Assembly (NCBI GenBank): GCA_963701295.1
Contig: OY969585.1
Coordinates: 2,496,001 to 2,560,000, forward strand
Length of the DNA stretch: 64,000 bases
DNA from: Ignavibacteriota bacterium
GTDB taxonomy: Bacteria > Bacteroidota > Ignavibacteria > UBA10030
Reading direction: 5' to 3'
Below are positions 39,424 through 50,754 of this stretch, one piece after another. Below the pieces are notes generated by a model. It did not search any database, had not been told where the DNA came from, and saw nothing but the letters and a program-made list of their open reading frames with translations. Position numbers and translations under genes: made by a program. How positions within the stretch are numbered: the stretch's first letter is position 1; each line of letters begins with the position of its first letter.

Positions 39424-40836
39424 ATGAAATCATTTGATGTACTACGAGCGGAGCTTTTAGCGGGAACAACGACCTGCGAGCGCATTACATCGGAATATCT
39501 CCGTACGATCGAAGAAAAAAAGCACCTAAACGCACTTCTTTCAGTGTTTCCAGAAAAGGCACTTGAGCAAGGGAGGATTGTTGATAAGAAGGTGCAGAAT
39601 GGAACAGCCGGCTCGCTCGCAGGAATGGTGATGGTTATAAAAGATGTCATTTGCATGAAAGACGAGCGAGTGACGTGCGGATCAAAAATATTAGAAAACT
39701 TCGTTTCTCTCTACGATGCAACCGTCGTCCAGCGTTTGCGCGGTGCTGATGCTGTTATCATAGGCAAAGCCAATATGGACGAATTCGCAATGGGTTCATC
39801 CACAGAGAACTCAGCGTATGGACGAGTAAAGCTTCCGCAGGATGAGACGCGCATTCCCGGAGGATCAAGCGGCGGTTCCGCGGTTGCTATACGGGCAGGG
39901 ATGTCCACGACTTCCTTAGGATCGGATACAGGCGGTTCCATTCGCCAGCCGGCGGCGTTTTGCGGAGTAATAGGATTAAAGCCAACCTATGGGCGAGTTT
40001 CACGCTACGGGCTTGTTGCCTATGCATCCTCGTTTGATTCCATTGGCCCGTTCGCGTTGACGACAAGAGATGCAGCAAATGTTTTTCAGGTTATAGCCGG
40101 ACACGATCCCAACGATTCAACATCAGCAGAAGTACCGGTACCGGATTATCTTTCGAAATTGACCAAAAATGTGAAAGGTTTGCGTGTTGGAATTCCAATG
40201 GAGTATTTTGGCGAAGCTCTCAATGCCGAAATCCGTCAATCGATAGAGAAGAAAATTGGTATTTTGCGGAGCAATGGAGCGATTATCACGGAAGTGAACC
40301 TTCCGCACACAGAATATACAATTGCTGTATATTATATTCTTGCTACTGCAGAAGCATCATCGAATCTTGCACGGTACGATGGAGCACGGTATGGTTACAG
40401 GAAGGAAAATGTCCATGATCTTTCTGAAATGTATATCAAATCGCGGAGCGAGGGATTTGGCGCGGAGGTCAAACGGCGTATTATGCTGGGCACGTATGTC
40501 CTTTCCGCCGGTTACTACGATGCATATTATCGAAAAGGTCAAAAAGTCCGACGATTGATTCAAGAAGATTTTACAAAAGCGTTCGCGAAAGTTGATTGCC
40601 TTATCACACCGACATCGCCAAGTACTGCGTTCAAGGCTGGCGAAAAGATGAATGACCCTCTGCAAATGTATCTCTCGGATATTTATACGACGTCGGCAAA
40701 TCTTGCAGGCATTCCGGGTATTAGCGTACCATGCGGAGAGGATCATCAAGGATTACCGATAGGTTTACAGATTCTTGGCCCACATTTTGGTGAATCAACA
40801 TTATTACGAGTTGCAGATTTTTTGGAAACGGCATAG
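39424..40836 (+). CDS. gatA: Asp/Glu-tRNA amidotransferase subunit A
   Basis: [37 protein letters not shown]. Confidence 0.96.
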   Translation: MKSFDVLRAELLAGTTTCERITSEYLRTIEEKKHLNALLSVFPEKALEQGRIVDKKVQNGTAGSLAGMVMVIKDVICMKDERVTCGSKILENFVSLYDATVVQRLRGADAVIIGKANMDEFAMGSSTENSAYGRVKLPQDETRIPGGSSGGSAVAIRAGMSTTSLGSDTGGSIRQPAAFCGVIGLKPTYGRVSRYGLVAYASSFDSIGPFALTTRDAANVFQVIAGHDPNDSTSAEVPVPDYLSKLTKNVKGLRVGIPMEYFGEALNAEIRQSIEKKIGILRSNGAIITEVNLPHTEYTIAVYYILATAEASSNLARYDGARYGYRKENVHDLSEMYIKSRSEGFGAEVKRRIMLGTYVLSAGYYDAYYRKGQKVRRLIQEDFTKAFAKVDCLITPTSPSTAFKAGEKMNDPLQMYLSDIYTTSANLAGIPGISVPCGEDHQGLPIGLQILGPHFGESTLLRVADFLETA

Positions 40837-40872
40837 GACCACAACACATCAAAAAGAGGAATATCAATCATC

Positions 40873-41877
40873 ATGAGCATCCTCGTTGATAAAAACACAC
40901 GTCTCGTTGTGCAAGGAATTACAGGCAGCGAAGGAACATTCCATACCAGACAAATGATGGAGTATGGAACAAAAGTGGTTGCCGGTGTTACGCCGGGAAA
41001 AGGCGGAACACATTATCAAGGCAACGAAAAAGATCAGCTGCCGCGTCCAGTTCGGGTGTTCAATACTGTAAAAGAAGCAGTGGAAAGTGAACGAGCAAAC
41101 ACTTCTATCATTTTCGTTCCCGCTGCTTTTGCTGCCGATGCAATTATGGAATCTGCAGACGCCGGAGTCAAACTCATCGTGGCGATTACCGAGGGGATTC
41201 CGACAAGTGATATGGTGAAGGTGTACGAATATGTATCAAGAAAAGGAGTTCGGCTTGTCGGACCAAATTGTCCGGGTGTGATTACTCCAGGAGAAACGAA
41301 GATTGGTATTATGCCCGGCTTCATTCATAAACCAGGGCGAGTTGGAGTAGTATCGCGAAGCGGAACTTTGACGTACGAAGCAGTCTCACAGCTTACAGAG
41401 CGAAGTATCGGACAATCTACTTGTGTCGGCATCGGAGGCGATCCGATCATCGGAACACAGTTCATTGATGTGATAAAACTTTTTCATGCAGACAAGAAAA
41501 CAAATGCCATCATTATGATTGGTGAGATTGGCGGAACAGCGGAAGAGGAAGCAGCAGAGTACATCAAAAAACACGTAAAGAAACCAGTTGTTGGGTTTAT
41601 CGCAGGACGCACTGCACCTCCGGGACGCCGGATGGGACATGCAGGTGCTATTATCTCCGGTGGGAAAGGAACAGCAGACGAAAAGATGAAGGCAATGCGT
41701 AAAGCTGGAATCACTGTCGTCGATAATCCTGCTCTCATCGGTGAGACGATGGAAAAAGTTTTGATAAAATATAGTAAGGCAGTAAGTAAAAGGAAAAAAG
41801 TAAAAGAAATAAATGCAAAAAAGAAAAATATAAAAATTATTCCAAAACGAAAATTGATACGAAAAAAGAAGAAATAG
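40873..41877 (+). CDS. sucD: Succinate--CoA ligase alpha subunit with a Lys-rich tail
   Basis: [28 protein letters not shown]. Confidence 0.95.
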   Translation: MSILVDKNTRLVVQGITGSEGTFHTRQMMEYGTKVVAGVTPGKGGTHYQGNEKDQLPRPVRVFNTVKEAVESERANTSIIFVPAAFAADAIMESADAGVKLIVAITEGIPTSDMVKVYEYVSRKGVRLVGPNCPGVITPGETKIGIMPGFIHKPGRVGVVSRSGTLTYEAVSQLTERSIGQSTCVGIGGDPIIGTQFIDVIKLFHADKKTNAIIMIGEIGGTAEEEAAEYIKKHVKKPVVGFIAGRTAPPGRRMGHAGAIISGGKGTADEKMKAMRKAGITVVDNPALIGETMEKVLIKYSKAVSKRKKVKEINAKKKNIKIIPKRKLIRKKKK

Positions 41878-42036
41878 AGATGCATCGCCAAAAAGTATGT
41901 TGACGGAGGAATAAAAGTATTGATTGCAGTCGAACGAGAAGTTGCTATTCTCAAATCGGATTGTATATAAAACTTTTGAACGATTATTATAACCAGCACA
42001 TGAATCTCCTATCTCTTATCATTCTCTTTTCTTCTT

Positions 42037-42576
42037 ATGCCTCTTAAAACGTGGAAAAAAATTTCTGAAGCTGTTCTATTTAAAAATTCTTGGTGGACCT
42101 ATAAAAAAGATGAAACAGAACTGCCAAGCGGGAAACGAGGAGAATATCATTATGTCCACACGAATGGGGCAAGTATGATTGTACCGGTATTCAACGATGG
42201 AAGAATTGTTTTCGTAAATCAATACAGATATTTGAATGACCGGGAAAGCCTGGAACTTCCTTGCGGCGGCGTGAAGGATGGGCACACCTATGAAGAAACC
42301 GCAAAACATGAACTTGAAGAGGAAGCAGGGTTCATTGCACGCAATTGGTACAAGATTGGCGAATTTAATCCCTATAACGGAATAACAGATGAACTCTGCC
42401 ATGTCTTTATAGCGAAAAATCTTTCTGAAGTTCCGCCGACACCGGATGAGACGGAGGAGTTCGAAATAATATCTCTGACACCTGATGAAGTGGATGCACA
42501 TATTGCCACTGGCACGATTTGGGATGGGATGACAATAGCGGCATGGAATATAGCAAAGTCACACATTTCAAGATAG
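42037..42576 (+). CDS. NUDIX hydrolase (ADP-ribose pyrophosphatase-like)
   Basis: ELPCGG...ETAKHELEEEAG Nudix box. Confidence 0.88.
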   Translation: MPLKTWKKISEAVLFKNSWWTYKKDETELPSGKRGEYHYVHTNGASMIVPVFNDGRIVFVNQYRYLNDRESLELPCGGVKDGHTYEETAKHELEEEAGFIARNWYKIGEFNPYNGITDELCHVFIAKNLSEVPPTPDETEEFEIISLTPDEVDAHIATGTIWDGMTIAAWNIAKSHISR

Positions 42577-42701
42577 ATCGTCATTTTACTTTCTCCACTT
42601 CCTGAATTACCTATTTTTCATGGAAGTTTGTAGAAAATAGTTTTATATAAAAAAAAGGAAAAATAAAATGCTGAAAATTTGATATTTTCGCCTCTCTTTT
42701 C

Positions 42702-42718
42702 TTGGTACGAAATATGAG
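42702..42718 (+). promoter_or_regulatory. Possible sigma54 promoter upstream of the pilin-like genes
   Basis: TTGGTACGAAATATGAG; imperfect -12 element. Confidence 0.35.
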
Positions 42719-42959
42719 CTGAATTGCCAAGACGAGAGACCGGTCTCGAAGGTCGGAACGGTGATATGAGTCACATCATGGGGAAACGTTAACTCTATAT
42801 TGATGTAGCTTAATGAGGACTATAGTGCGGGGGAGATAACGTACGGATAGTGATTCGAACACTTACATAATACGCCAATTTAACACTTGAATATGAAGTC
42901 GTGATACTCTATACTAAAACAGGATTTTAAGTCTAATAATAAAAAGGCGTTGAGAGAAT

Positions 42960-43508
42960 ATGAATACCGGACAAACCATGCTTACCGTAGGCGCATTAGC
43001 ATTACTCTCTATTATATCCTTGAGATACTATGAAACTGTTTCACAAAATGGAGCAAATCTTGCACAATCGAATGCCGGGCTTACTGCTACAACTATTGCA
43101 ACATCGTACATTGAACGTGCACAAAACACAGCATTTGATGAACAATCTATCGGTCATCCAGTAGATTCGATACAAGCGAACATCAATTTACTCACTGCCC
43201 CAAATTTATTAGGGGCAGATGGGGCAAATGAGATGATGAGTATCGATAGTGTAGATGATTTTGATGATTTTGCATATTATAATCATTCGCATCCTGTAGT
43301 CTATCATCCTGGGAATATAAATGAAACATACCAGGTAGAATTTAATGTTTATTATGTCGATACGAGTGATATTATGACACAAGTTAATTATAGAACATTT
43401 GTGAAGAAAATGGATGTAAAGGTATACCGTGTTGATTCGACATCACTTCAAGCGGCGTTTGATACAGTGAGGATGAGCACAATTTTTGGATTATTTAAAT
43501 ATAATTAA
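42960..43508 (+). CDS. Pilin-like protein 1 (PilV/GspI-like)
   Basis: N-terminal hydrophobic helix (MNTGQTMLTVGALALLSII), long amphipathic helix, DDFDDF motif, terminal beta strands. Confidence 0.55.
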   Translation: MNTGQTMLTVGALALLSIISLRYYETVSQNGANLAQSNAGLTATTIATSYIERAQNTAFDEQSIGHPVDSIQANINLLTAPNLLGADGANEMMSIDSVDDFDDFAYYNHSHPVVYHPGNINETYQVEFNVYYVDTSDIMTQVNYRTFVKKMDVKVYRVDSTSLQAAFDTVRMSTIFGLFKYN

Positions 43509-43553
43509 TAGATACATATCTCTCTGGATAGATAGTATGGTTGGAGATTACTC

Positions 43554-44153
43554 ATGACCACATTAATGGATATCATCTTTGCTTCTTTTTTGGGTGGAGT
43601 CATTACTCTCCTTACTTTAAATGAAAATATGGTATTAAGAGAAACGTGGACGAGCTACAATAGCCAAGTGATAGTTCAACAAACGCTTATTTCAACAGCT
43701 CAACTCTTGGAAGGCGAATTGCGCAATATGGGTTCTGGTATACCTAATGGAGTAGAGACTATCACTGAAGCAGAAGATACTTGCATCTCATTTAAGATGA
43801 CTCTGAGGCCAGACCCTGGCCTTCTTCCCAGCGCTATAAAATATTATACAGGTTCACATAGTGAACTTGCAACAGTGGATAACCCCAACGTTCGGTACCT
43901 CTATCGTCAGCAAGATGGCGGTAATCCTCAAGTCATTGGGATGGTCACTCAATTTCTCGTTAAATATATAGATAATAATGGAGCAGTGATGACTACACCA
44001 ATAACCGATCCAAATAGTTTAATAAATATCAAACTTATAGAAATCACGATGGAAGTACAATCTCCCTTTGCTGTTATTTTAAATCCTGACCAAAAATTTG
44101 CATCGGCATTGTGGAAACAGACGCGGCTGGCATCACAAAATTTACAAAGGTAA
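43554..44153 (+). CDS. Pilin-like protein 2 (PilW/GspJ-like)
   Basis: MTTLMDIIFASFLGG helix, LEGELRNMG, IKYY, YLYR, IKLIEITMEV...NL end. Confidence 0.6.
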   Translation: MTTLMDIIFASFLGGVITLLTLNENMVLRETWTSYNSQVIVQQTLISTAQLLEGELRNMGSGIPNGVETITEAEDTCISFKMTLRPDPGLLPSAIKYYTGSHSELATVDNPNVRYLYRQQDGGNPQVIGMVTQFLVKYIDNNGAVMTTPITDPNSLINIKLIEITMEVQSPFAVILNPDQKFASALWKQTRLASQNLQR

Positions 44154-44174
44154 TAATTATCCCTGGAGGATACC

Positions 44175-45564
44175 ATGGGTGGCAGAGCTTCACTTATTAT
44201 GGTTATAGGTTTCGCAGTAATTTTCGGTTATATGAATTTTAACATAGCGAAACTTTCATCAAGATCAGCTGAAAATATGGTCGGTTATAATGAGATCGCT
44301 GTATCTCGGAATGTGGCAAGTGCTGGAGCAAATGTAGGACTTGCCGTGCTCTTATACAAGACTTTTCCTCACAATAATAGAATATTGTCGGCAAAAAATT
44401 TTACGAGCGGACCATTTGCCGGCTGTGGCTATACAGTGAGGATCGATAGCTTTTCGAATCCGACATCTTACCTCCGCTTATTAAGTGTGTCTGCTTGTAC
44501 CACATATTTATGTACAGACGCTAATCGAACACACCCCCTTGTTATATCTGATACTGTTGATGTAAGGTTCGATTACACTAAGAATATGTCCTTCTCATCT
44601 TTTGGTTGGATGTCAGTAAGTGAAAATGGCGTAGTTTTTACATCAGGAGATACTTTATGGGGACCAGGTACATTCGAACAGTACTATTAATATTGATCAA
44701 AGCCCAGTATTTTGGGGAAAAGTAACAACCAGCGGAGTGTTTAATCCCACAAATAATAGCGGAATATTTAAATCTGGTAAAGAAACAGGAGTTGCTACAA
44801 AACCATTTCCGACTGACCTCTCAGCATTATCATCGGCCGCAACGAATAAGGCCTCTACACAATCTTTAGAACTCTACGTGCAATTGAAACCGGGCGCTTC
44901 TTCTGGCGATAATAATGGTTATGCGCTTGTTAGTACAGGTGGTTTTATGGGTGCCGGCGGCACCAAAGTAGATTCTATACTATTATCAGGTAGCGCCGAT
45001 AACGTGATCTATTCGTCTCAAAATATTCATGTCAAAGGAACCCTCAATGGACGGCTCTCAATTGCAAGTAACAATAATTTGTATATAGAGGGAAATACTG
45101 TCTATGAAGCACCTCCAGATGTATATGATACCGACCCTGGTTTATCACTTACTCCCCCTAGTTTAACGCTTGCTCAAAACCAAACGACAGATATGCTCGG
45201 TCTTATTGCACAGAATAATGTAATAATTCCGAGTAGTATTCAAAGTGACATAAGTATCAATGGAGCTATTTTTGCACAAAATGGTTCTTTTGAGGCAGAC
45301 AATTGGAACGTTTCTCATAGTGGAACATGGAGAATCAACGCTATTGGTTCTATTACCCAGCAGACCCGAGGTGCAGTTGGTCAAACCACCGGTAGTGGAT
45401 TTAAGAAAAGCTACCGTTTTGATCCTCAATTCGATCAAAACTTCTCACTGGACCCCAGTAAGCATCCACCAGCATTCCCCGGATATCTTCAACCATCTAC
45501 ATTGAAGATCGCAAATTGGTGGGAAAGCCCGAGGGTGCCGTTGGACGTCACTCAATATTACTAA
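44175..45564 (+). pseudogene. PilX-like / DUF4900-like protein split by a +1 frameshift at 44667-44668
   Basis: Removing one G gives GDTLWGPVHSNSTINIDQSPVFWGKVTT, in frame with ORF 44737-45564 (MLGLIAQNNV, GSITQQTRGAVG, GFKKSYRFD, PPAFP). May be an assembly error. Confidence 0.7.
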
Positions 45565-45728
45565 GTGGGGTTTTTAAGGTAGTTATTTAGTGTCAGGTCT
45601 TCCGACTCGACATAGACGACGATCGCTGAAGAGAGAATTCATATTTTACTCCTTTGATCTATCAGGATGTCCCGCATTTATATTCCCGAAATCTTACACG
45701 CGATCTCCTAAGAGAGATTTCGGGAATA

Positions 45729-46709
45729 TTACATATACTTACCTGCACGCTTTAACACAAGCGAAACAGTTTCATCTAACCGGACGTTAGAAATGCGTGC
45801 GCCAGCAGCGTTTTTATGTCCGTTGCCGCCAAATTCTTTTGCCAATTCATTCATTGAAATATCACCTTTAGAGCGAAAGTTCACTTTTATTATTCCATCC
45901 AACTCGGAAAACATTAATCCAATCTGAACACCTTCCATGGTTAAGGTATAGGGTACAAATGCATCAGTATCCTCTTCGGTTGTTCCGGTAGTCTCAAACA
46001 TTTCATGCGTGAGAACAATGTAGGCGAGCTTTCCATCGTACAATGTCTGCAAGTTGGCAAGCGCCATTCCTAACAACCGCAAGCGTTTTACTGAAGTACG
46101 TTCATACACCTGTTCATAAATGGCAACAGGATCGGCTCCTGCTTGAAGAAGATGTGCAACGATTGTGTGAACTTCCGAATCAGTCTTCTCATATCGAAAT
46201 GAACCGGTATCGGTCATAATCGCTGTGTAGAGAGACGTCGCTGTTATGTGGTCGATCGTTCCGCCTGCCAAAGAGATAAAGTTATAAATGATCTCCCCTG
46301 TTGCAGATGATTGTTCGTCTAAAAGATAAAGATCCGCAAACTCGCCCGGCTCTGGATGGTGGTCGATGCAGACCTTTACGGCATGACTTTTCATGATGAA
46401 CGGTGTCATTGCAGCTAATCTATCCGGATGATTCGCATCGAGTAAGATAATAACTTCAGCATCCTCAACAATGTTCGCATGGTATGACGGATCGAATTGA
46501 AGGATAGGATGGAGTTGGTGAAGAAAGAGATAGTTCTCCGGTGTCGAACTGCAATTCAAAATAGAAGCTTGTTTGCCTCTTCCTTCGAGATAATGGGCGA
46601 GAGCAACTTCAGAGCCGAGGCCGTCGCCGTCAGGATTTACATGGGAAGTCAGGATAAACCGTTTATGAGAATCGATAATCGTTTTAAATGTTTCAAACTG
46701 GAGCGGCAA
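45729..46709 (-). CDS. nrnA: DHH-family oligoribonuclease/PAP phosphatase
   Basis: HVNPDGD, IDHH, TDTGSF, GGNGHKNAAG. Confidence 0.9.
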   Translation of the reverse strand: MPLQFETFKTIIDSHKRFILTSHVNPDGDGLGSEVALAHYLEGRGKQASILNCSSTPENYLFLHQLHPILQFDPSYHANIVEDAEVIILLDANHPDRLAAMTPFIMKSHAVKVCIDHHPEPGEFADLYLLDEQSSATGEIIYNFISLAGGTIDHITATSLYTAIMTDTGSFRYEKTDSEVHTIVAHLLQAGADPVAIYEQVYERTSVKRLRLLGMALANLQTLYDGKLAYIVLTHEMFETTGTTEEDTDAFVPYTLTMEGVQIGLMFSELDGIIKVNFRSKGDISMNELAKEFGGNGHKNAAGARISNVRLDETVSLVLKRAGKYM

Positions 46710-46803
46710 TGGGATTCCTTATTGTAATAGATACAGTGACAGAAAAAAAGGTGTGATCTCCTTCTCGAAACCACACCCCGCACATCAAGATATTAAAAAA
46801 TTA

Positions 46804-47802
46804 TTAAATTGTCCAAGTCTCACCGGAATTCAGAAGTTTCTCCATATTTCCTTCGCCTCGTTTCTCTTTTGCAAATTCGATCTGGCGCTGCATTTCGCTT
46901 TCGTATGTTGGGCGTTCTATGGAAAGAAACACTCCCAGCGGACGCGGCATATGAGAATGGTAGGTCATATCTGCCAGAATGAAGGAAAGTGTTGTGTCCG
47001 TTTCGTTATGTACAAGCAGGTCATTGATGGAAGCCTTGCCTTCCTTGAGCGATACAACCTCGGGGGAGAATCCATTCAGGCGAATGCCTTTGTCTTTTTC
47101 TTTGCCGAAAATGAGCGGCTTGCCATGTTCGAGATAAATCACGCTATCGTCTTTTGTCTCTTTCTCTGTGAACTGAAGGAATGCGCCGTCGTTGAACACA
47201 TTGCAGTTTTGGTAGATTTCGACGAATGAGGTTCCCTTGTGGTCATGAGCGCGTTTCAGGATCGATTGGAGATGCTTCGGATCACGATCGAGCGTACGTG
47301 CAACGAATGTTGCGCTGGCGCCGAGTGCAAGCGAGGCAGGATTGAATGGATAATCAAGAGAGCCGTACGGCGTCGATTTTGTGATCTTTCCTTTTTCGGA
47401 TGTCGGTGAGTATTGTCCTTTGGTCAATCCATAGATCTGATTATTGAATAAAAGAACATTGACATCAATATTGCGGCGCAGGAGGTGAATGAGATGATTG
47501 CCGCCTATACTCATACCGTCACCATCGCCTGTAACGACCCAAACGGAAAGATCAGGTTTCGCAAGCTTAACACCTGAGGCAATTGCCGTTGCACGTCCGT
47601 GAATTCCATGAAATCCGTACGTATCCATATAATAAGGGAAACGACTGGAACAACCAATGCCGGAGACGAAGACGATTTGATGCTTCGGGATGCCGATATC
47701 GGGCATAATGCGTTGCGCTTGTGCGAGGATGGAATAGTCGCCGCATCCCGGACACCACCGGACTTCTTGATCACTTTGGAAATCTTTTGAAGTGTATTTC
47801 AA
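46804..47802 (-). CDS. korB: 2-oxoacid:ferredoxin oxidoreductase beta subunit
   Basis: WCPGCGD, SGIGCSS, GDGD, YGLTKGQYSPT. Confidence 0.92.
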   Translation of the reverse strand: MKYTSKDFQSDQEVRWCPGCGDYSILAQAQRIMPDIGIPKHQIVFVSGIGCSSRFPYYMDTYGFHGIHGRATAIASGVKLAKPDLSVWVVTGDGDGMSIGGNHLIHLLRRNIDVNVLLFNNQIYGLTKGQYSPTSEKGKITKSTPYGSLDYPFNPASLALGASATFVARTLDRDPKHLQSILKRAHDHKGTSFVEIYQNCNVFNDGAFLQFTEKETKDDSVIYLEHGKPLIFGKEKDKGIRLNGFSPEVVSLKEGKASINDLLVHNETDTTLSFILADMTYHSHMPRPLGVFLSIERPTYESEMQRQIEFAKEKRGEGNMEKLLNSGETWTI

Positions 47803-47855
47803 GTTGCCACCTCATTGAAATTGTATGGGGATTTTTTCTATAAGATTGCTCATGG

Positions 47856-49694
47856 TCAATGTCCTTTGATAAGCTCATCGATCTTGAACTCGATCTCTTC
47901 AGCGAGGAACGGTGCTCCTTGTACTTTATTGAGTCCAACCGCAGGCACGAGGTAATTGGCACGTATGACCATGATGAGTTGACCTAAATTAAGTTCAGGA
48001 ACGAGAATCGTTTTGAACCGGGAGATGATTTCTCCAATATTCTTTTGCATTGGATTGAGATATCGCAAGTGCAAATGTGAAACATGATGTCCCTTTGCAT
48101 GGTGGCGCTGTACTGCTGTTTTAATTGCTCCGTAAGTACTTCCCCATCCGATAACCAAAACATCCCCTTGTCGGTCACCTTCAATTTCTGCCGTTGGGAT
48201 GTCGTTAGAAATTCGCTCAACTTTTTCGGATCGTAAGCGAACCATGAGTTCATGATTTGCCGCTTCATAGTTGACATTCCCTGTAAGATTTTGTTTCTCC
48301 AGGCCTCCGATACGATGTTCAAGTCCCGGAGTGCCGGGGATTGCCCAAGGACGTGCAAGGGTTATCTCATCACGTTCATATGGGAGAAATCCTTTTGGGT
48401 CGGTTCTGAAGTGAGGAAGAATATCCGGAAGTTTTTCGTACTCAGGAATCAACCACGGCTCAGAACCATTGCCGAGATAGCCGTCCGTTAGGCAGATAAC
48501 TGGAGTCATATATTTGATTGCGATGCGTGCAGATTCATAGACGACATTGAAACAATCAGAAGGTGTTGCGGCAGCAATGACCGGAATAGGCGCTTCGCCG
48601 TTGCGTCCATAGAGGGCTTGAAGTAAATCGGCTTGTTCTGTTTTCGTAGGTAAACCGGTGCTTGGGCCGCCGCGCTGAACATTGATAACGACAAGAGGCA
48701 ATTCGACCATCACCGCAAGTCCTAACGCTTCAGTTTTCAAAGAGAGCCCGGGTCCGCTTGTTGTTGTTGCACCAAGCGCTCCGGCAAAAGACGCACCAAT
48801 GGCAGACGTGATGCCTGCAATCTCGTCTTCCGCCTGAAACGTTTTTACACCAAGATTCTTGTAAAGAGAAAGTTCATGTAAAATATCACTCGCTGGCGTA
48901 ATAGGATAACTGCCAAGGAAGAGATCGATTTTTGCCTTTTGTGCTGCTGCCATCAAACCCCATGCAGTCGCTTGGTTGCCTGTAATATTTCTATATTTTC
49001 CCGGTGCAAGCCGTGCCGGTGCAACCGCATAACGCACTTTGAAGAGTTCGGTTGTCTCGCCATAATTCCATCCTGCTTTCAATACTCGTATGTTTGCTTC
49101 ACGAATATCCGGCGTGGTGGCAAACTTTTCGGCAAGCCATTTCAGTGTAGGTTCCAGAGGGCGATCATATAACCAGTACATCATACCGAGAGCAAAAAAA
49201 TTTTTTGAGCGATCAACGAGCTTGCTGGAGAGATTCATTTCTTGTAGTGACGTGATGGTTAACTTTGTAATATCCACCTCAAATACTTGATAGGTCGAGA
49301 GGGATTCGTCTTTCAGAGGATTGGAAGAATATCCTGCAAGCTTAAGGTTCTTGTCGTTAAAACCGTCGGTGTTGGCGATAATGGAACCGCCCTTGATGAG
49401 CGAGTGCAGATTGACTTTTAGTGCGGCGGCGTTCATTGCTACAAGCATATCGCATGAATCACCGGGGGTGTTGATCTCCGAGCTGCCGAAATGGATTTGG
49501 AATCCGCTGACGCCGGATGTCGTTCCTTGCGGTGCTCGAATTTCAGCAGGATAATCAGGCAGAGTGCTTAAATCGTTCCCAAGAATAGCGGTCGTGTTAG
49601 TGAATTGTGTGCCAGCGAGCTGCATTCCGTCACCGGAATCTCCGGCGAAACGAATAGTAGCTTCATCAAGATTTCTAAATTTCTTCTCTCTCAT
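47856..49694 (-). CDS. korA: 2-oxoacid:ferredoxin oxidoreductase alpha subunit
   Basis: AGDSGDG, YPITP, QAEDEIA, QRGGPSTGLPT. Confidence 0.92.
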   Translation of the reverse strand: MREKKFRNLDEATIRFAGDSGDGMQLAGTQFTNTTAILGNDLSTLPDYPAEIRAPQGTTSGVSGFQIHFGSSEINTPGDSCDMLVAMNAAALKVNLHSLIKGGSIIANTDGFNDKNLKLAGYSSNPLKDESLSTYQVFEVDITKLTITSLQEMNLSSKLVDRSKNFFALGMMYWLYDRPLEPTLKWLAEKFATTPDIREANIRVLKAGWNYGETTELFKVRYAVAPARLAPGKYRNITGNQATAWGLMAAAQKAKIDLFLGSYPITPASDILHELSLYKNLGVKTFQAEDEIAGITSAIGASFAGALGATTTSGPGLSLKTEALGLAVMVELPLVVINVQRGGPSTGLPTKTEQADLLQALYGRNGEAPIPVIAAATPSDCFNVVYESARIAIKYMTPVICLTDGYLGNGSEPWLIPEYEKLPDILPHFRTDPKGFLPYERDEITLARPWAIPGTPGLEHRIGGLEKQNLTGNVNYEAANHELMVRLRSEKVERISNDIPTAEIEGDRQGDVLVIGWGSTYGAIKTAVQRHHAKGHHVSHLHLRYLNPMQKNIGEIISRFKTILVPELNLGQLIMVIRANYLVPAVGLNKVQGAPFLAEEIEFKIDELIKGH

Positions 49695-49813
49695 AGTATT
49701 TCTTTGTCTTATGCTTTTATATCGCCATATAAAATAGCTAAAGGAAACTTAATCGATTGTTCATTCAGAACGACTGTCTATTAAACATTACTTTTAACAA
49801 AAAGAATCCCAAA

Positions 49814-49848
49814 ACAGAAAAAAAAGGCAGCGTGTGAGGCTGCCTTTT
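49814..49848 (-). terminator. Intrinsic terminator after rplI
   Basis: AAAAGGCAGC-loop-GCTGCCTTTT with a long U tract on the minus strand. Confidence 0.85.
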
Positions 49849-49884
49849 CGGTATTCTATAATGTATTCTTGTGAAACCATAAGA

Positions 49885-50328
49885 CTATTCTCTCACAATC
49901 CATACCTTAATCTTGCCCAGCACGCCACCAGCAAGTTTGACAGGTACATCATAAATGCCAAGAGCTTTGAGAGGTTCTTCCAATTCAATATGCCGTTTAT
50001 CTAAGGTGATCTCTTTTTCCACAAGTGCGTCGGCGATCATCTGAGAAGTGACGGAACCAAAAAGCTTATCTTCCTCGCCAACTTTCATTTTGATGGTGAC
50101 AGAAATTTTTTCAAGCTGTACGGCAAGGGTCTCAGCCTGTTTACGCTCTTTATCAACGAAACGAGATTGCTGTTTGCGTTCTTCCTCAAGCTGGCGTAAA
50201 CTGCCTTCTGTGGCTTCGTACGCAATGCCGCGCGGAATGAGATAATTACGTGCATATCCGTCTTTCACAGATACAACCTCACTTATACCGCCCAGTTTAT
50301 CTGAGTTTTTTCTTAATATTACTTTCAT
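49885..50328 (-). CDS. rplI: 50S ribosomal protein L9
   Basis: MKVIL, VKDGYARNYLIP, KLFGSVT. Confidence 0.97.
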   Translation of the reverse strand: MKVILRKNSDKLGGISEVVSVKDGYARNYLIPRGIAYEATEGSLRQLEEERKQQSRFVDKERKQAETLAVQLEKISVTIKMKVGEEDKLFGSVTSQMIADALVEKEITLDKRHIELEEPLKALGIYDVPVKLAGGVLGKIKVWIVRE

Positions 50329-50369
50329 AGTACATACTCCTTTTACACAAAAATCATGATGAAAATTAC

Positions 50370-50720
50370 TTAACTCACAGCGTCATTGACAAACGATAAC
50401 AATGCAAGATGCCGGGCACGTTTGATGGCGTTTACCAGTTGGCGCTGATGACGAGTGCAAGTGCCCGTAATTCGGCGAGGAATGATCTTACCTTGCTCGG
50501 ACACGAAGCGTTGAAGGCGTTTCTCATTTTTATAATCAATATAGACATCCTTTGCATCGCAGAATCTGCATGTTCGTTTCTTCCGTTGTAGTTGTTGTCG
50601 ATTTGTGGAACGCTGACCGTTCGGAGAAGCATCGCGTCGATATCCGCCGCGCTGTGGTCCTCCTGATGATCCTCCTCGTTGCGGTCCCCGTGGATTTGAT
50701 GAACGCTGTGTTATAGCCAT
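50370..50720 (-). CDS. rpsR: 30S ribosomal protein S18 (zinc-binding type, N-terminally extended)
   Basis: [26 protein letters not shown]. Confidence 0.96.
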   Translation of the reverse strand: MAITQRSSNPRGPQRGGSSGGPQRGGYRRDASPNGQRSTNRQQLQRKKRTCRFCDAKDVYIDYKNEKRLQRFVSEQGKIIPRRITGTCTRHQRQLVNAIKRARHLALLSFVNDAVS

Positions 50721-50754
50721 AATGTATATCCTTCCTTATCTATCGTTGTGAAAA

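Noticed and set aside
40873-41877. sucD without sucC and purSQ without purL as signs of pathway loss
   Set aside because: Split operons are common; the partners are probably outside the window.
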